A DNA stretch of 64,000 nucleotides from Oceanospirillaceae bacterium (lineage in GTDB: Bacteria > Pseudomonadota > Gammaproteobacteria > Pseudomonadales > Balneatricaceae): the NCBI GenBank assembly GCA_003523085.1, contig DPHD01000024.1, positions 2,046 to 66,045 on the forward strand, given 5' to 3'. This document shows positions 29,066-38,665 of this stretch, in pieces (positions within the stretch are counted from its first letter, which is position 1; each line of letters begins with the position of its first letter). Below the pieces are notes generated by a model. The model did not search any database. It worked only from the letters and a program-made list of their open reading frames with translations, and was not told the DNA's origin. The position numbers and the translations under genes were made by a program.

Positions 29066-29430
29066 TGTATATAAAACCGATTAAAACAGAGCAGGATTAT
29101 GAGCAGGTGCTTGAGCGTATTGCGTTGCTTATGGATGCACGCAAGGACACTGCTGAAGGCGATGAGCTTGATGTGTTGACGACACTGGTGGAAGCCTACG
29201 AAGCTCAACATTATGCGATTGATGCGCCGCACCCTATTGCAGCCATCCGCTTTAGAATGGAGCAAGGCGAACTGACGAACCAAGATCTAGTGCCTTATAT
29301 CGGTCACTCAGGTCGCGTTTCTGAAGTGCTCAATTATAAGAGGCATTTAACCTTGAACATGATACGGCGTTTGCATCACGGCCTGCAAATCCCAACGGAT
29401 AGTCTTATCGCGACTTATGATTTAGCCTAA
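29065..29430 (+). CDS. higA: HigA-type antitoxin (HTH)
   Basis: IKPIKTE.DY...L..L..LVEAYE...P.P..AI.FRMEQ...RVSEVLN.KR.LTL.MIR.L motif; overlaps the toxin stop. Confidence 0.92.
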   Translation: MYIKPIKTEQDYEQVLERIALLMDARKDTAEGDELDVLTTLVEAYEAQHYAIDAPHPIAAIRFRMEQGELTNQDLVPYIGHSGRVSEVLNYKRHLTLNMIRRLHHGLQIPTDSLIATYDLA

Positions 29431-29431
29431 T

Positions 29432-32400
29432 TCAGTGAAAATCCCGCGAGCTCACTTTAAGTTGTTCTAACAAGTGGCTGCAATCGGTGAGTTTGCCTGC
29501 GATGAGGTGGATCACTTGGCTGTCTGGGTCGCGTTCTAAAATACCTTTTACTTTCAATATTTTGGCATTTAAATAGGCCTGCCTTTGGGCGCGAGAGGTG
29601 GCTTGCCAAACCACTAGGTTGGTATTGCCAGTTTCATCTTCTAAGGTGATAAAGGTAACGCCAGAGGCGGTGCCGGGCCTTTGCCTGCCGGTGACTAAAC
29701 CGGCGGTGGTGACTAAGGTTTGGTGTGGTTTTTGAGCCAGCTGGCTGGCGCTGCTGCAACCCTTGAGTAGGCCACTATGCCTTAATAGTGCAATGGGGTG
29801 TTGTTCTAGGCTTAAACGCAGGCTGGCGTAGTCTTCGGTGAGTGCATCTAACGCCGCTGGCGCGGGCAATTGGTCAGATTGCTGTTCGTGTACTTCACGC
29901 AGCAATGGTAAATCTTGGTGATTATCGAGCAACTGCCAGCGCGCTTGATAACGGTGGCCACTAAAACAACGTAAAGCGTTAGCACTAGCAAGGGCTTCAA
30001 GTTGGCCTTTGGCTAGATGTAAGGCTTGTACCTGGGGTAAACCCTTAAAGCCTGTGGCGGGCCTTTGTTCGAGCAATTGATGTATGTGCCTTTGATGTGC
30101 GCCTTTAACTTGTCTAAAGCCTAAGCGTAGGGCCAATTCCCCACTAGGGATGGATTCCAAACTGTGATCCCAGTGGCTTTGATTAATACACACGGGCAAT
30201 ACCTGCACACTATGGCGGCGGGCATCTTGCACCAGTTGTGAGGCACTATAAAATCCCATCGGTTGGCTGTTGAGGATGGCGCAATAAAAGGCGGCTGGGT
30301 AGTGGTATTTGAACCATGCTGAGACATAGGCTAACACCGCAAAACTGGCGGAGTGGGATTCGGGGAAACCGTATTCACCAAACCCTAGTATTTGTTGGTA
30401 TAGCCGTTCTGCAAATTCTGTTTTATAACCTCGCTCTACCATGCCGTTGACTAATTTATGATGAAATTGATCGAGCTCGCCGTGGCGTTTCCAGCTGGCC
30501 ATGGCGCGGCGTAAGCGGTCGGCTTCGCCACCACTAAAACCGGCGGCCACCATGGCCAATTTAATCACTTGTTCCTGGAAAATAGGCACACCCAAGGTGC
30601 GCTTTAATACGCCTTCCACTTCTTTGGATGGGTATTCCACCGCTTCTTTGCCCGCCCGGCGGCGCAAAAAGGGGTGCACCATGTCACCTTGAATAGGCCC
30701 TGGGCGCACAATGGCAATTTGGATGACTAAGTCATAAAAACAGGCCGGTTGTAAACGTGGCAACATGCTCATTTGGGCACGGGATTCCACCTGAAATACA
30801 CCCACGCTGTCGCCCTGCTGCAACATGGCGTATACCTTGGCGTCATCATCCATACGGGTAATGTCGGCTAAACTGAGTTGGCGGCCATGGTGTTGATGTA
30901 CCATGTGTAATGCGCGCCTGATAGCGCTGAGCATACCTAAGGCCAGTACGTCGACTTTAAGCAGAGCAAGGCTTTCAAGGTCGTCTTTGTCCCATTGAAT
31001 CACCGTGCGATCCGCCATGGCGGCGTTTTCTATGGGCACTAGCTCGCTTAATGGGCCTGCGCTAATGACAAAACCACCTACATGTTGTGACAAGTGGCGG
31101 GGGAACCCTTGTAACGTGTGCACTAACTCTAAGAAACATTGGCCTACATGGCTTTGGCCGTCTAAACCTAGGCTTTGTAATTGCTCATCCCAGCCGGTAT
31201 TACGGTCACGCCGATCGACGTTTTTAATAAATAGCTCTAGCTGGGGCAGGTTAATGCCCAGAGCTTTACCCACTTCACGCACGGCGCTTTTAAACCGGTA
31301 GGTGATCACGGTGGCGGCTAAAGCGGCGCGGTGGCGGCCGTATTTTTGGTAGATGTATTGAATCACCTCTTCGCGCCGTTGGTGCTCAAAGTCGACGTCT
31401 ATGTCGGGGGGTTCGGCCCGTTCTTTGGAGATAAACCGCTCAAATAACACCTCGATTTGGCGCGGATCAACGGCGGTAATTTCTAGGCAATAACACACCA
31501 CAGAGTTGGCCGAAGACCCTCGGCCTTGGTAGAGAATGTGCCGGCTTTTGGCAAACTGTACTAGATCATACACGGTGAGAAAAAAGTGGGCGTAACCCTC
31601 CGAGGCGATTAGGGCCAGTTCCTTATCAATGATGTTGGCAATCTTGTGGGGCACTCCCGCAGGGAAGCGAAGGCATTTTCCTTGTTCCACTAAGTGAAAT
31701 AAATAGCTGTTGGCATCATAGCCTTCGGGCACTAATTCTGCAGGGTATTGATAACTCAGTTCCGATAAACAAAAGCGACATTTATCGGCAATGTCTACAC
31801 TGGCTTTAAGCCATGCTGCGGGGTAGAGCTTGGCGATTTTGGCTAACGGCCGCAGGCTATGTTCACGATTGGCTTGCAAGGCATAACCACAGGCGTGTAC
31901 CGGTAATCCCAGGCGAATGGCGGTGAGGGTGTCGTGTAACATTTGCCGATCTGGGCTGTGCATCACCACTTGGCCTAAGGCCACTATGGGCAAATCGTAG
32001 GCTGTGGCCATGGTTTGGCAGTGTGTTTGTAAGCTTTGATCGAGGGCACTTAAACGTCGGTGACAGCCCACCCACAAACGCTGGTGATGGTGTTTGCTTA
32101 AACTTTCCCCCCATGTCTGTGTACTATTTGGGTGGGGATTCCAGATTAGTAAGCACTCACTTAGAGAGTTAAAGTCGTCGATATAAACTTGGTAGCTGCC
32201 TTTGTCACAACGCCTTCTGGCCAAGCTAATAAGTTCACACAGTTGACTATAAGCAAGGCGATTAGGTGCTAATACCACCAGCCGTTCTTGGTGCAGCACA
32301 AACTCGCTGCCAATAATAAGTTTGATGTTGAGTTGCTGTTCTTTTTTGTGCTGGTAAGCGCGCACCACACCCGCCACAGAACATTCGTCGGTGAGGGCGA

Positions 32401-32551
32401 GTGCTTGGTAACCTAAATCATCTGCCTCTTGTATCAGCTCTTGTGGGTGGGAGGCGGCACGCAGAAAACTAAAATTGCTTAAACAATGGAGTTCGGCATA
32501 GTTGATCGAGGCCTCGTCGCTGGGCCCTTTGTGGTTAAGCGAAGTAGCCAT
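29432..32551 (-). CDS. dnaE2: error-prone DNA polymerase DnaE2 (ImuC)
   Basis: YAELHCLSNFSFL, QGRGSSANS, PPDIDVDFEH, FPRHLSQHVGG, GFPESH and RQRPGTA motifs. Start placed at ATG 32551. Confidence 0.95.
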   Translation of the reverse strand: MATSLNHKGPSDEASINYAELHCLSNFSFLRAASHPQELIQEADDLGYQALALTDECSVAGVVRAYQHKKEQQLNIKLIIGSEFVLHQERLVVLAPNRLAYSQLCELISLARRRCDKGSYQVYIDDFNSLSECLLIWNPHPNSTQTWGESLSKHHHQRLWVGCHRRLSALDQSLQTHCQTMATAYDLPIVALGQVVMHSPDRQMLHDTLTAIRLGLPVHACGYALQANREHSLRPLAKIAKLYPAAWLKASVDIADKCRFCLSELSYQYPAELVPEGYDANSYLFHLVEQGKCLRFPAGVPHKIANIIDKELALIASEGYAHFFLTVYDLVQFAKSRHILYQGRGSSANSVVCYCLEITAVDPRQIEVLFERFISKERAEPPDIDVDFEHQRREEVIQYIYQKYGRHRAALAATVITYRFKSAVREVGKALGINLPQLELFIKNVDRRDRNTGWDEQLQSLGLDGQSHVGQCFLELVHTLQGFPRHLSQHVGGFVISAGPLSELVPIENAAMADRTVIQWDKDDLESLALLKVDVLALGMLSAIRRALHMVHQHHGRQLSLADITRMDDDAKVYAMLQQGDSVGVFQVESRAQMSMLPRLQPACFYDLVIQIAIVRPGPIQGDMVHPFLRRRAGKEAVEYPSKEVEGVLKRTLGVPIFQEQVIKLAMVAAGFSGGEADRLRRAMASWKRHGELDQFHHKLVNGMVERGYKTEFAERLYQQILGFGEYGFPESHSASFAVLAYVSAWFKYHYPAAFYCAILNSQPMGFYSASQLVQDARRHSVQVLPVCINQSHWDHSLESIPSGELALRLGFRQVKGAHQRHIHQLLEQRPATGFKGLPQVQALHLAKGQLEALASANALRCFSGHRYQARWQLLDNHQDLPLLREVHEQQSDQLPAPAALDALTEDYASLRLSLEQHPIALLRHSGLLKGCSSASQLAQKPHQTLVTTAGLVTGRQRPGTASGVTFITLEDETGNTNLVVWQATSRAQRQAYLNAKILKVKGILERDPDSQVIHLIAGKLTDCSHLLEQLKVSSRDFH

Positions 32552-33941
32552 GTAGAAACCATTCCTCTCTAGGGGTGCGGAATAACCAACACACCTGACC
32601 TCGGGGGTTGCGGGCAATAAAATAGTCACGGCAAATACTGACGTTGTCCCACCAGCCACTTTGGATACGCTCGGGGCCAGACAATACACACCATTGTTGG
32701 TTGGGTTTATGGTGTAAGGCTTGGGGGATGGTGAGTAATAAACTCGGGCGTAAACTAGTAGTGGCCTTTGCTGCGGCAGCATGGATCTTAGGCTGCCCTT
32801 GATAAAAGCTACGCTCGGGGCGATGGTCGTCCCGTAGAAATACTTGCTGCACGGCGTGATTACCTAACTTATTTTGTAACCGGCTGATCAGTTGATCAGC
32901 CGTGAGTTTACCGCCTTGGGGTTCAAATAACTGATCGGATAAAGGCGCCCATGCATGTTGCCCGCGGGTACTTAAGCGCATGGCAATAATGGGGGCCTGC
33001 AGCTGTAGTTGCTCTAAACGCAACATGGCCAAGTTAAGCCATACTTGCGCACGGTATTCGCCGCCACTCGAGCCGATATGTACCTTTTCCGCGGGAAATT
33101 CACGGTAATAAAGGCTTAAATTTAAACCTGTTGCTTGTAATTGCCTGGGTGCTAAAAACGCCTCTAGGTCATCTAACAAACGCCGCAAAGGGAAACGTAA
33201 GGCGCTGCTCAGTTCAATGTCGTAAAGCAATTCTAAACCTTGTCGAAACCGCTCTGGGGGTTGGTAGTTGGTTTTTACAGGGGGCTTAGTGTGTTCAAGC
33301 AGTTGTAAATAAGTGACTAGCTCTTGCCCTAAACGTTGGCCTAGGGCCGACCTTGGTAACGCTTGGGCTTGGCCTAAGGTGTTGAGCCCTAATCGTTCTA
33401 GTTGTTGGGTTAGTTTGGGGGGCAAGCCCGCCTTTTGAATGGGTAATTGGGCTAATAAGGCGTTGACTTGTTGGGTGTTATTTAACCAGCGGTCATTACC
33501 TGCGCGAGCTAATACTTGGGCCGCTAATGGGCTATGGGCACTGGCATAGTGATAGTGCAAACCGCGCTCTATGAGGGGCTGTTGTAAACGTTGCCAGTAT
33601 GCAGCCATACCTTCATATAGCTTTAACATGTCGCTGGTTTGTAATAACAACCCTTGAGGTGGGTCTAAGTATAAGGTGGCACTGGTTTGGTATAAGCGTT
33701 GAGCTAATTGCTTTAATAGGCGTTGTTCATGCTTGTGGTCATAGGCAATGACTTTAAGTTGGGCGCATAAGAGCGCGGCAGCCCCTATGCCTGTACCTAG
33801 GGCAATGCCGTGTTGGCGGGCTTGGCTATTGGCCTGCACCACTTGATTTTGGTGCACCAATACATAGGCCTCATCGCACGGTTGTTGGTGTAATAAACTG
33901 TCGAGTTGCAGGCTGGGAAGATACAAATAAAGCCACTGCAT
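32535..33941 (-). CDS. imuB: Y-family polymerase-like accessory protein ImuB
   Basis: W..L..P.L.LD N-terminus; RP..LL, GPERI.SGWWD, RDYF and W.LHG.F C-terminus. Confidence 0.9.
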   Translation of the reverse strand: MQWLYLYLPSLQLDSLLHQQPCDEAYVLVHQNQVVQANSQARQHGIALGTGIGAAALLCAQLKVIAYDHKHEQRLLKQLAQRLYQTSATLYLDPPQGLLLQTSDMLKLYEGMAAYWQRLQQPLIERGLHYHYASAHSPLAAQVLARAGNDRWLNNTQQVNALLAQLPIQKAGLPPKLTQQLERLGLNTLGQAQALPRSALGQRLGQELVTYLQLLEHTKPPVKTNYQPPERFRQGLELLYDIELSSALRFPLRRLLDDLEAFLAPRQLQATGLNLSLYYREFPAEKVHIGSSGGEYRAQVWLNLAMLRLEQLQLQAPIIAMRLSTRGQHAWAPLSDQLFEPQGGKLTADQLISRLQNKLGNHAVQQVFLRDDHRPERSFYQGQPKIHAAAAKATTSLRPSLLLTIPQALHHKPNQQWCVLSGPERIQSGWWDNVSICRDYFIARNPRGQVCWLFRTPREEWFLHGYFA

Positions 33942-33944
33942 GGG

Positions 33945-34634
33945 TCATCGGCCCTGCGCCGGTAATACCACGATGTTGTTGGCTACGGGCTGCGGTTGTG
34001 CAGTTAAGCTAGGCCAGAGCTGGTGCATATTAATGTGGCAGGGGTGTTGTGGCCATTGGCCTTGGGATTTATAAATTTGTAGGCTTAACCCCGTGGCTTG
34101 TGGGGTTAGGGCAAGGCGGGCGCTAATGGGTAGGGCGCTAGCACTCGGCGCAGGTTGACTATGTAACCAAAACATCAATACTTGGTTGTCTTTAGCCGCC
34201 ACCTGTAAACGTTTGGCTTGGGTGCTGGTGAGGTTAGGCCCCCACAACAATAAATGGCTACAGCAGCCACTAGTCAAGCTTTGCTCGGCACTCCAGAGGG
34301 CGTGTTGCGGGTTTTGGCAGCGCACCAATAATGTTTGATTGAGGCTAATGCCATGCTGGGAGAGGGCTTGGCCATTCAGTTCTGCGGGTGGGTTAATCCA
34401 CACCTGTAAGCGTAGCTTGGCTTGCGCCAATAAAGGTAACAATAAACGTAGTTCGCCAATGCCTATCGCGCCACAGGCGAGTTCCACTAACCCAGCCTGA
34501 GGCCATCCCCCTTGTAGATGTTGATCTAAGGCAGGGTAAAAGCTGCTTTGGCGGCGCTGGTCTGGGCCTGCGACTTGCCGAGCACGCCATACTAAACGTT
34601 GCTGTTCTAGCTGATTTAACTGTGTAAGAGCCAT
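33945..34634 (-). CDS. imuA: translesion synthesis protein ImuA (RecA/SulA-like)
   Basis: LD..L.GGWP...L.E......GIGELRLLLP.L, ALW..EQ.L.SG and RLQVAA motifs. Confidence 0.88.
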   Translation of the reverse strand: MALTQLNQLEQQRLVWRARQVAGPDQRRQSSFYPALDQHLQGGWPQAGLVELACGAIGIGELRLLLPLLAQAKLRLQVWINPPAELNGQALSQHGISLNQTLLVRCQNPQHALWSAEQSLTSGCCSHLLLWGPNLTSTQAKRLQVAAKDNQVLMFWLHSQPAPSASALPISARLALTPQATGLSLQIYKSQGQWPQHPCHINMHQLWPSLTAQPQPVANNIVVLPAQGR

Positions 34635-34650
34635 ATAAAACCACAAAATA

Positions 34651-34666
34651 CTGTATATATGTACAG
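34651..34666. promoter_or_regulatory. LexA (SOS) box
   Basis: CTGTATATATGTACAG fits CTGT-N8-ACAG and is extended by AAAATA/TATTTT flanks; 16 nt upstream of imuA. Confidence 0.92.
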
Positions 34667-34861
34667 TATTTTGCCATATTTTAGGCTCAGGTCAAGGGTA
34701 AAACCGCCAACTAGCCCAGAACTTGTACTGCCGAAAACCACCGCAAAAGCGGCTATGTTCGGTATTGGTTAATAATTGCTCTAAAAACATCAACAAAATC
34801 CTGAGGTGCAATGCCATCATTGCGCCATGTCATTGATGTTAACTAATTAAGGAGCTTAGCC

Positions 34862-35776
34862 ATGCCACTAGCAGCGAGCCAAAACGTATTTATCACCTGC
34901 GCAGTTACCGGATCCGGTGGTTCACAAGACCGTTCTCCCCATGTACCACGCAGCCCCGAGCAAATTGCCAACAGTGCTATTGATGCCGCTAAAGCCGGCG
35001 CAGCGGTGGTGCATTGCCATGTGCGAGACCCAGAAACAGGCACCCCCAGCCGTGGTTTAGCGCTTTATAAAGAACTCACAGAACGCATTCGTGCGGCAGA
35101 CGTGGACGTGGTGTTGAATCTTACGGCGGGTATGGGTGGCGACATGGTATTTGGTGATGCGGAAAACCCATTGCCTCTAAATGCGGACGCTACCGATATG
35201 GTCGGCGCCAGTGAGCGGGTTGAGCATGTACGTCAGTGCCAACCAGAAATTTGCACCTTGGACTGCGGCACCATGAACTTTGCCGAAGCCGATTATGTGA
35301 TGACCAATACGCCAGGTATGTTACGTGCCATGGCAGAAAAAATGACGGCTATGGGTGCGCGTATTGAAATAGAAGCCTTTGACACGGGTCATTTATGGCT
35401 CGCCAAGCAGCTAGTCAGCGAAGGTTTAATCACAGACCCGGTGATGGTGCAGTTGTGTATGGGTATTCCTTGGGGCGCACCAGATGACCTTAATACCTTT
35501 ATGGCGATGGTCAACAATGTACCTAAAGACTGGATCATGTCGGCTTTTTCCATTGGCCGTAACGAAATGAACTATGTGGCGGCAGCGGTGTTGGCAGGTG
35601 GCAATATTCGAGTTGGCTTGGAAGATAACCTTTGGTTAGAAAAAGGCGTGTTAGCGACTAACGCTCAATTGGTTGAAAAAGCTGCCACCATTGCTACCAA
35701 TATGGGTTCTACTTTGATGACGCCAGCCCAAGTACGCGAACTTATTCAAGTTGAAAAACGAGCACCTTTACAATGA
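34862..35776 (+). CDS. beta-keto acid cleavage enzyme (BKACE), probably 3-dehydrocarnitine cleavage enzyme (CdhC-like)
   Basis: ITCAVTG, AGAAVVHCHVRD, LDCGTMNF and RVGLEDN motifs; overlaps the carnitine dehydrogenase gene. Confidence 0.85.
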   Translation: MPLAASQNVFITCAVTGSGGSQDRSPHVPRSPEQIANSAIDAAKAGAAVVHCHVRDPETGTPSRGLALYKELTERIRAADVDVVLNLTAGMGGDMVFGDAENPLPLNADATDMVGASERVEHVRQCQPEICTLDCGTMNFAEADYVMTNTPGMLRAMAEKMTAMGARIEIEAFDTGHLWLAKQLVSEGLITDPVMVQLCMGIPWGAPDDLNTFMAMVNNVPKDWIMSAFSIGRNEMNYVAAAVLAGGNIRVGLEDNLWLEKGVLATNAQLVEKAATIATNMGSTLMTPAQVRELIQVEKRAPLQ

Positions 35777-36768
35777 GTAAAAAACACATAAATAAAACAG
35801 CAGCCTGTATCGGCGGTGGTGTGATTGGTGGTGGTTGGGTCGCGCGCTTTTTATTACACGGCTGGGACGTTAATGTGTATGACCCCGCAGCCGATGCCCA
35901 GCGCAAGCTGTATGCGGTCTTAGAAAATGCCCGTGCCTCGTTACCTCAATTGTCTGATGTGCCTATGCCAGCCGAAGGTCGGCTTACCTTTTGTGACACC
36001 TTAGAAGCAGCCGTGGCTAATGCCGATTGGATTCAAGAAAGTGTGCCAGAGCGCCTAGACATTAAACACGCGGTATTTGCCCAGGTGCAAGCTGCGTGCC
36101 CAGAAGCTGCCATTATTGGGTCTTCAACTTCGGGGTTTAAGCCGTCTCAGCTACAAGAAAACGCCCTGCGCCCAGAGCAAATTATGGTGGCGCATCCGTT
36201 TAATCCTGTGTATTTGTTGCCTTTGGTGGAGCTAGTGCCTAGCCCAGTCAATGGAGCCTCAATCATTGAACAGGCCAAAGGCTTGTTAACCGGCGTGGGT
36301 ATGAAACCTTTGCACGTGCGTAAAGAAATTGATGCCCATATTGCCGATCGCTTACTAGAGGCCGTTTGGCGTGAAGGTTTGTGGCTGATCAAAGACGGCA
36401 TTGCCACCACCACAGAAATAGATGATGCCATTCGTTATGGCTTTGGTTTACGCTGGGCGCAAATGGGTTTGTTTGAAACCTACCGTATTGCCGGTGGTGA
36501 AGCCGGTATGGCGCACTTTATTGCTCAATTCGGCCCTTGTTTAGAATGGCCGTGGACCAAGCTCATGGACGTGCCAGAGTTAACGGATGAGCTGATTGCC
36601 ACGATTGCGCAGCAGTCTGATGAACAATCGGGGCATCACTCTATTCGTGAACTGGAACGAATTCGTGATAAAAACTTAATCGGCATCATGCGCGTACAAA
36701 AGGAGACTAATTGGGGTGTGGGCGAGCTGCTCAATAAACACGACGAACGGCTCAAGCAGTTGGGCTAA
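35773..36768 (+). CDS. lcdH: L-carnitine 3-dehydrogenase (3-hydroxyacyl-CoA dehydrogenase family)
   Basis: GGGVIGGGW.ARF, QESVPERL, SSTSG, HPFNPVYLLPLVE, GLRWAQMG, AGGEAGM.HF.AQFGP.L.WPWTKL motifs. Confidence 0.85.
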   Translation: MSKKHINKTAACIGGGVIGGGWVARFLLHGWDVNVYDPAADAQRKLYAVLENARASLPQLSDVPMPAEGRLTFCDTLEAAVANADWIQESVPERLDIKHAVFAQVQAACPEAAIIGSSTSGFKPSQLQENALRPEQIMVAHPFNPVYLLPLVELVPSPVNGASIIEQAKGLLTGVGMKPLHVRKEIDAHIADRLLEAVWREGLWLIKDGIATTTEIDDAIRYGFGLRWAQMGLFETYRIAGGEAGMAHFIAQFGPCLEWPWTKLMDVPELTDELIATIAQQSDEQSGHHSIRELERIRDKNLIGIMRVQKETNWGVGELLNKHDERLKQLG

Positions 36769-36776
36769 AAGCCGAT

Positions 36777-36812
36777 TTAATTGAGATCAAGTAAAACATT
36801 GATCCAGATCAA
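36777..36812. promoter_or_regulatory. tandem FNR boxes upstream of fnr
   Basis: TTGATCCAGATCAA (36799-36812) is a perfect TTGAT-N4-ATCAA; TTAATTGAGATCAA (36777-36790) has one mismatch. Confidence 0.8.
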
Positions 36813-36910
36813 TGGTTGGACTCAGGACTCTTGTTAGCATAAGCTCATATAAGAAATGGAGTTATCTCAATGAATGGGATGAGCTTGATCTATTTTAATG
36901 GAGATCTGTT

Positions 36911-37651
36911 ATGAATGCGCCAATGAGTATTCAATCGTGTGGTAATTGTGGTCTAGTTAGCATGTGCTTGCCTTTAGCTCTGACCCAGCCAGAGATGACC
37001 CAATTGGATGGCATCATTAAAAAGAGTGCGCCCTACCGCCGTGGAGAGTCGATCTTCCGTCAGGGTGATGCGTTTACCTCCATTTATGCAGTGCGAGCGG
37101 GCATGGTAAAAACCACCGTGGTTAACACCCTTGGCGAAGAGCAGATTACCGGATTTTATTTCCCTGGAGAATTGCTGGGCCTTAACGGCTTGCACGAAAA
37201 TGTTTATTCCGGCACCGCAATTGCGTTAGAGACGGTGAGTTTATGTGAAATTCCGTTTCTTAAATTAGATGAGTTATCCGCATTGTTGCCAGAGCTAAGG
37301 CGCCAGCTAATGCGCCAAATGAGCCAAGAAATTTCAGACGAACAAAATATGATGTTGGTATTGGCGAAAACTTCCGCTGAAGAAAAATTGGGTAATTTCT
37401 TAATTCGACTTTCCCTCCGCTTTAAACGCTTAGGGTTTTCAGCAACGCAGTTCCGCTTAACCATGTCGCGTGTAGATATCGGCAACTATTTAGGTTTAGC
37501 GGTCGAAACGGTGAGTCGCACTTTAACCAAATTACAACAGCGCGGTGTGATTAAGGTTGCAGGAAAGGAAATCACTATTCTAGATATGGACGGCCTATCT
37601 GGCCTGAACAGAAAAGCCGACGAGCCGGCCAAGCTCGTAGTCGTTGGTTAA
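36911..37651 (+). CDS. fnr: FNR/Anr oxygen-sensing transcriptional regulator
   Basis: N-terminal CxxC-x5-C plus central LCEIP Cys; EQITGF, MSR.DIGNYLGLAVETVSR recognition helix. Confidence 0.9.
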   Translation: MNAPMSIQSCGNCGLVSMCLPLALTQPEMTQLDGIIKKSAPYRRGESIFRQGDAFTSIYAVRAGMVKTTVVNTLGEEQITGFYFPGELLGLNGLHENVYSGTAIALETVSLCEIPFLKLDELSALLPELRRQLMRQMSQEISDEQNMMLVLAKTSAEEKLGNFLIRLSLRFKRLGFSATQFRLTMSRVDIGNYLGLAVETVSRTLTKLQQRGVIKVAGKEITILDMDGLSGLNRKADEPAKLVVVG

Positions 37652-37723
37652 ATTGCACCTCTTCTTAAACGGCCTCTAATGCTGGTATGATACGGCCTTT
37701 CCTTAGTCATACTGGCTTTGTTA

Positions 37724-38665
37724 ATGGACATGATACTTCCGGTTGTTACTTCCATTTTATTGGTAATGCTGCTGGGCTACGCCCTTTCTAAAAAACTCCT
37801 TACCGATAACGGCTTTTGGCAAGGTATCTCGCGCCTTGCTTATTGGGTGTTATTTCCATTGCTCATTGTGCGCACCTTGGCGCATGCCTCCATTGATAAA
37901 GACATTGTATTACCACTCATGTCTGTGCTGGTTATGACGCTGGTTGCTGCTTTGATCTATAGCCTTGTGGTATCTCGGCTAATGGGGCAAGACGGGCCAT
38001 CTACATCATCCATAGTGCAAGGGGGTTTGCGCCATAACGGCTTTATAGGTTTAGCCGTGTTGTTTGATATGTTTGGCATGCCGGGGCAAGAAATTGGTGC
38101 GCTCATTATGGCTGTGTTAGTGCCGCCCACGAATGTGCTGTGCGTCTTCGCCGTGTCGTTGTTAACCCGTAAGCAGCAGTCACTTTCTGTGCCTAAACTT
38201 ATTGTAAAAGAACTGTCGCGTAACCCACAACTGATTGCTGTTTCGGTTGGTTTATTGCTTAATTATTTTGCTATTTCAATACCCAGCGTACTTGATCAAA
38301 CGATTGCTATTATCAGCCGAGCGGCGCTACCTATGTTGTTGTTAAGTGTGGGTGCTAGTTTGCAAATTAGGGCCTTAAAGGGTAATTGGTCGGTGCTTTT
38401 AGTGGCGCTAACCACCAAGCTAGTAGTCTTTCCAGCGGTGATGCTGGCAGCTGCATTATGGCTGCAACTGCCGCCTTTGGTGACCGTGAGCCTAGTGGTG
38501 TTTGGTGCGTTACCCACGGCGGTGTCGGCTTACCCATTTGCCCAGCAAATGGGTGGTAACGCTAAGCTAATGGCCGACATTATTACCTTGCAAACTATCG
38601 CCAGCTTGGTAGGGTTAACCTTTTGGGCCACCCTGGCCATGCAAGTCACAGGTTTTTCGTCATGA
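37724..38665 (+). CDS. AEC (auxin efflux carrier)-family transporter
   Basis: About 10 hydrophobic segments; L.YWVLFP.L, N.F.GL, NP.LIA, KL...P, PTA..AY..A.QMGG motifs. Confidence 0.85.
   Translation: MDMILPVVTSILLVMLLGYALSKKLLTDNGFWQGISRLAYWVLFPLLIVRTLAHASIDKDIVLPLMSVLVMTLVAALIYSLVVSRLMGQDGPSTSSIVQGGLRHNGFIGLAVLFDMFGMPGQEIGALIMAVLVPPTNVLCVFAVSLLTRKQQSLSVPKLIVKELSRNPQLIAVSVGLLLNYFAISIPSVLDQTIAIISRAALPMLLLSVGASLQIRALKGNWSVLLVALTTKLVVFPAVMLAAALWLQLPPLVTVSLVVFGALPTAVSAYPFAQQMGGNAKLMADIITLQTIASLVGLTFWATLAMQVTGFSS

Noticed and set aside
32552..32782. 77-aa N-terminal extension of DnaE2 in the ORF track
   Set aside because: It overlaps the conserved imuB C-terminus, and DnaE2 similarity begins only after ATG 32551.
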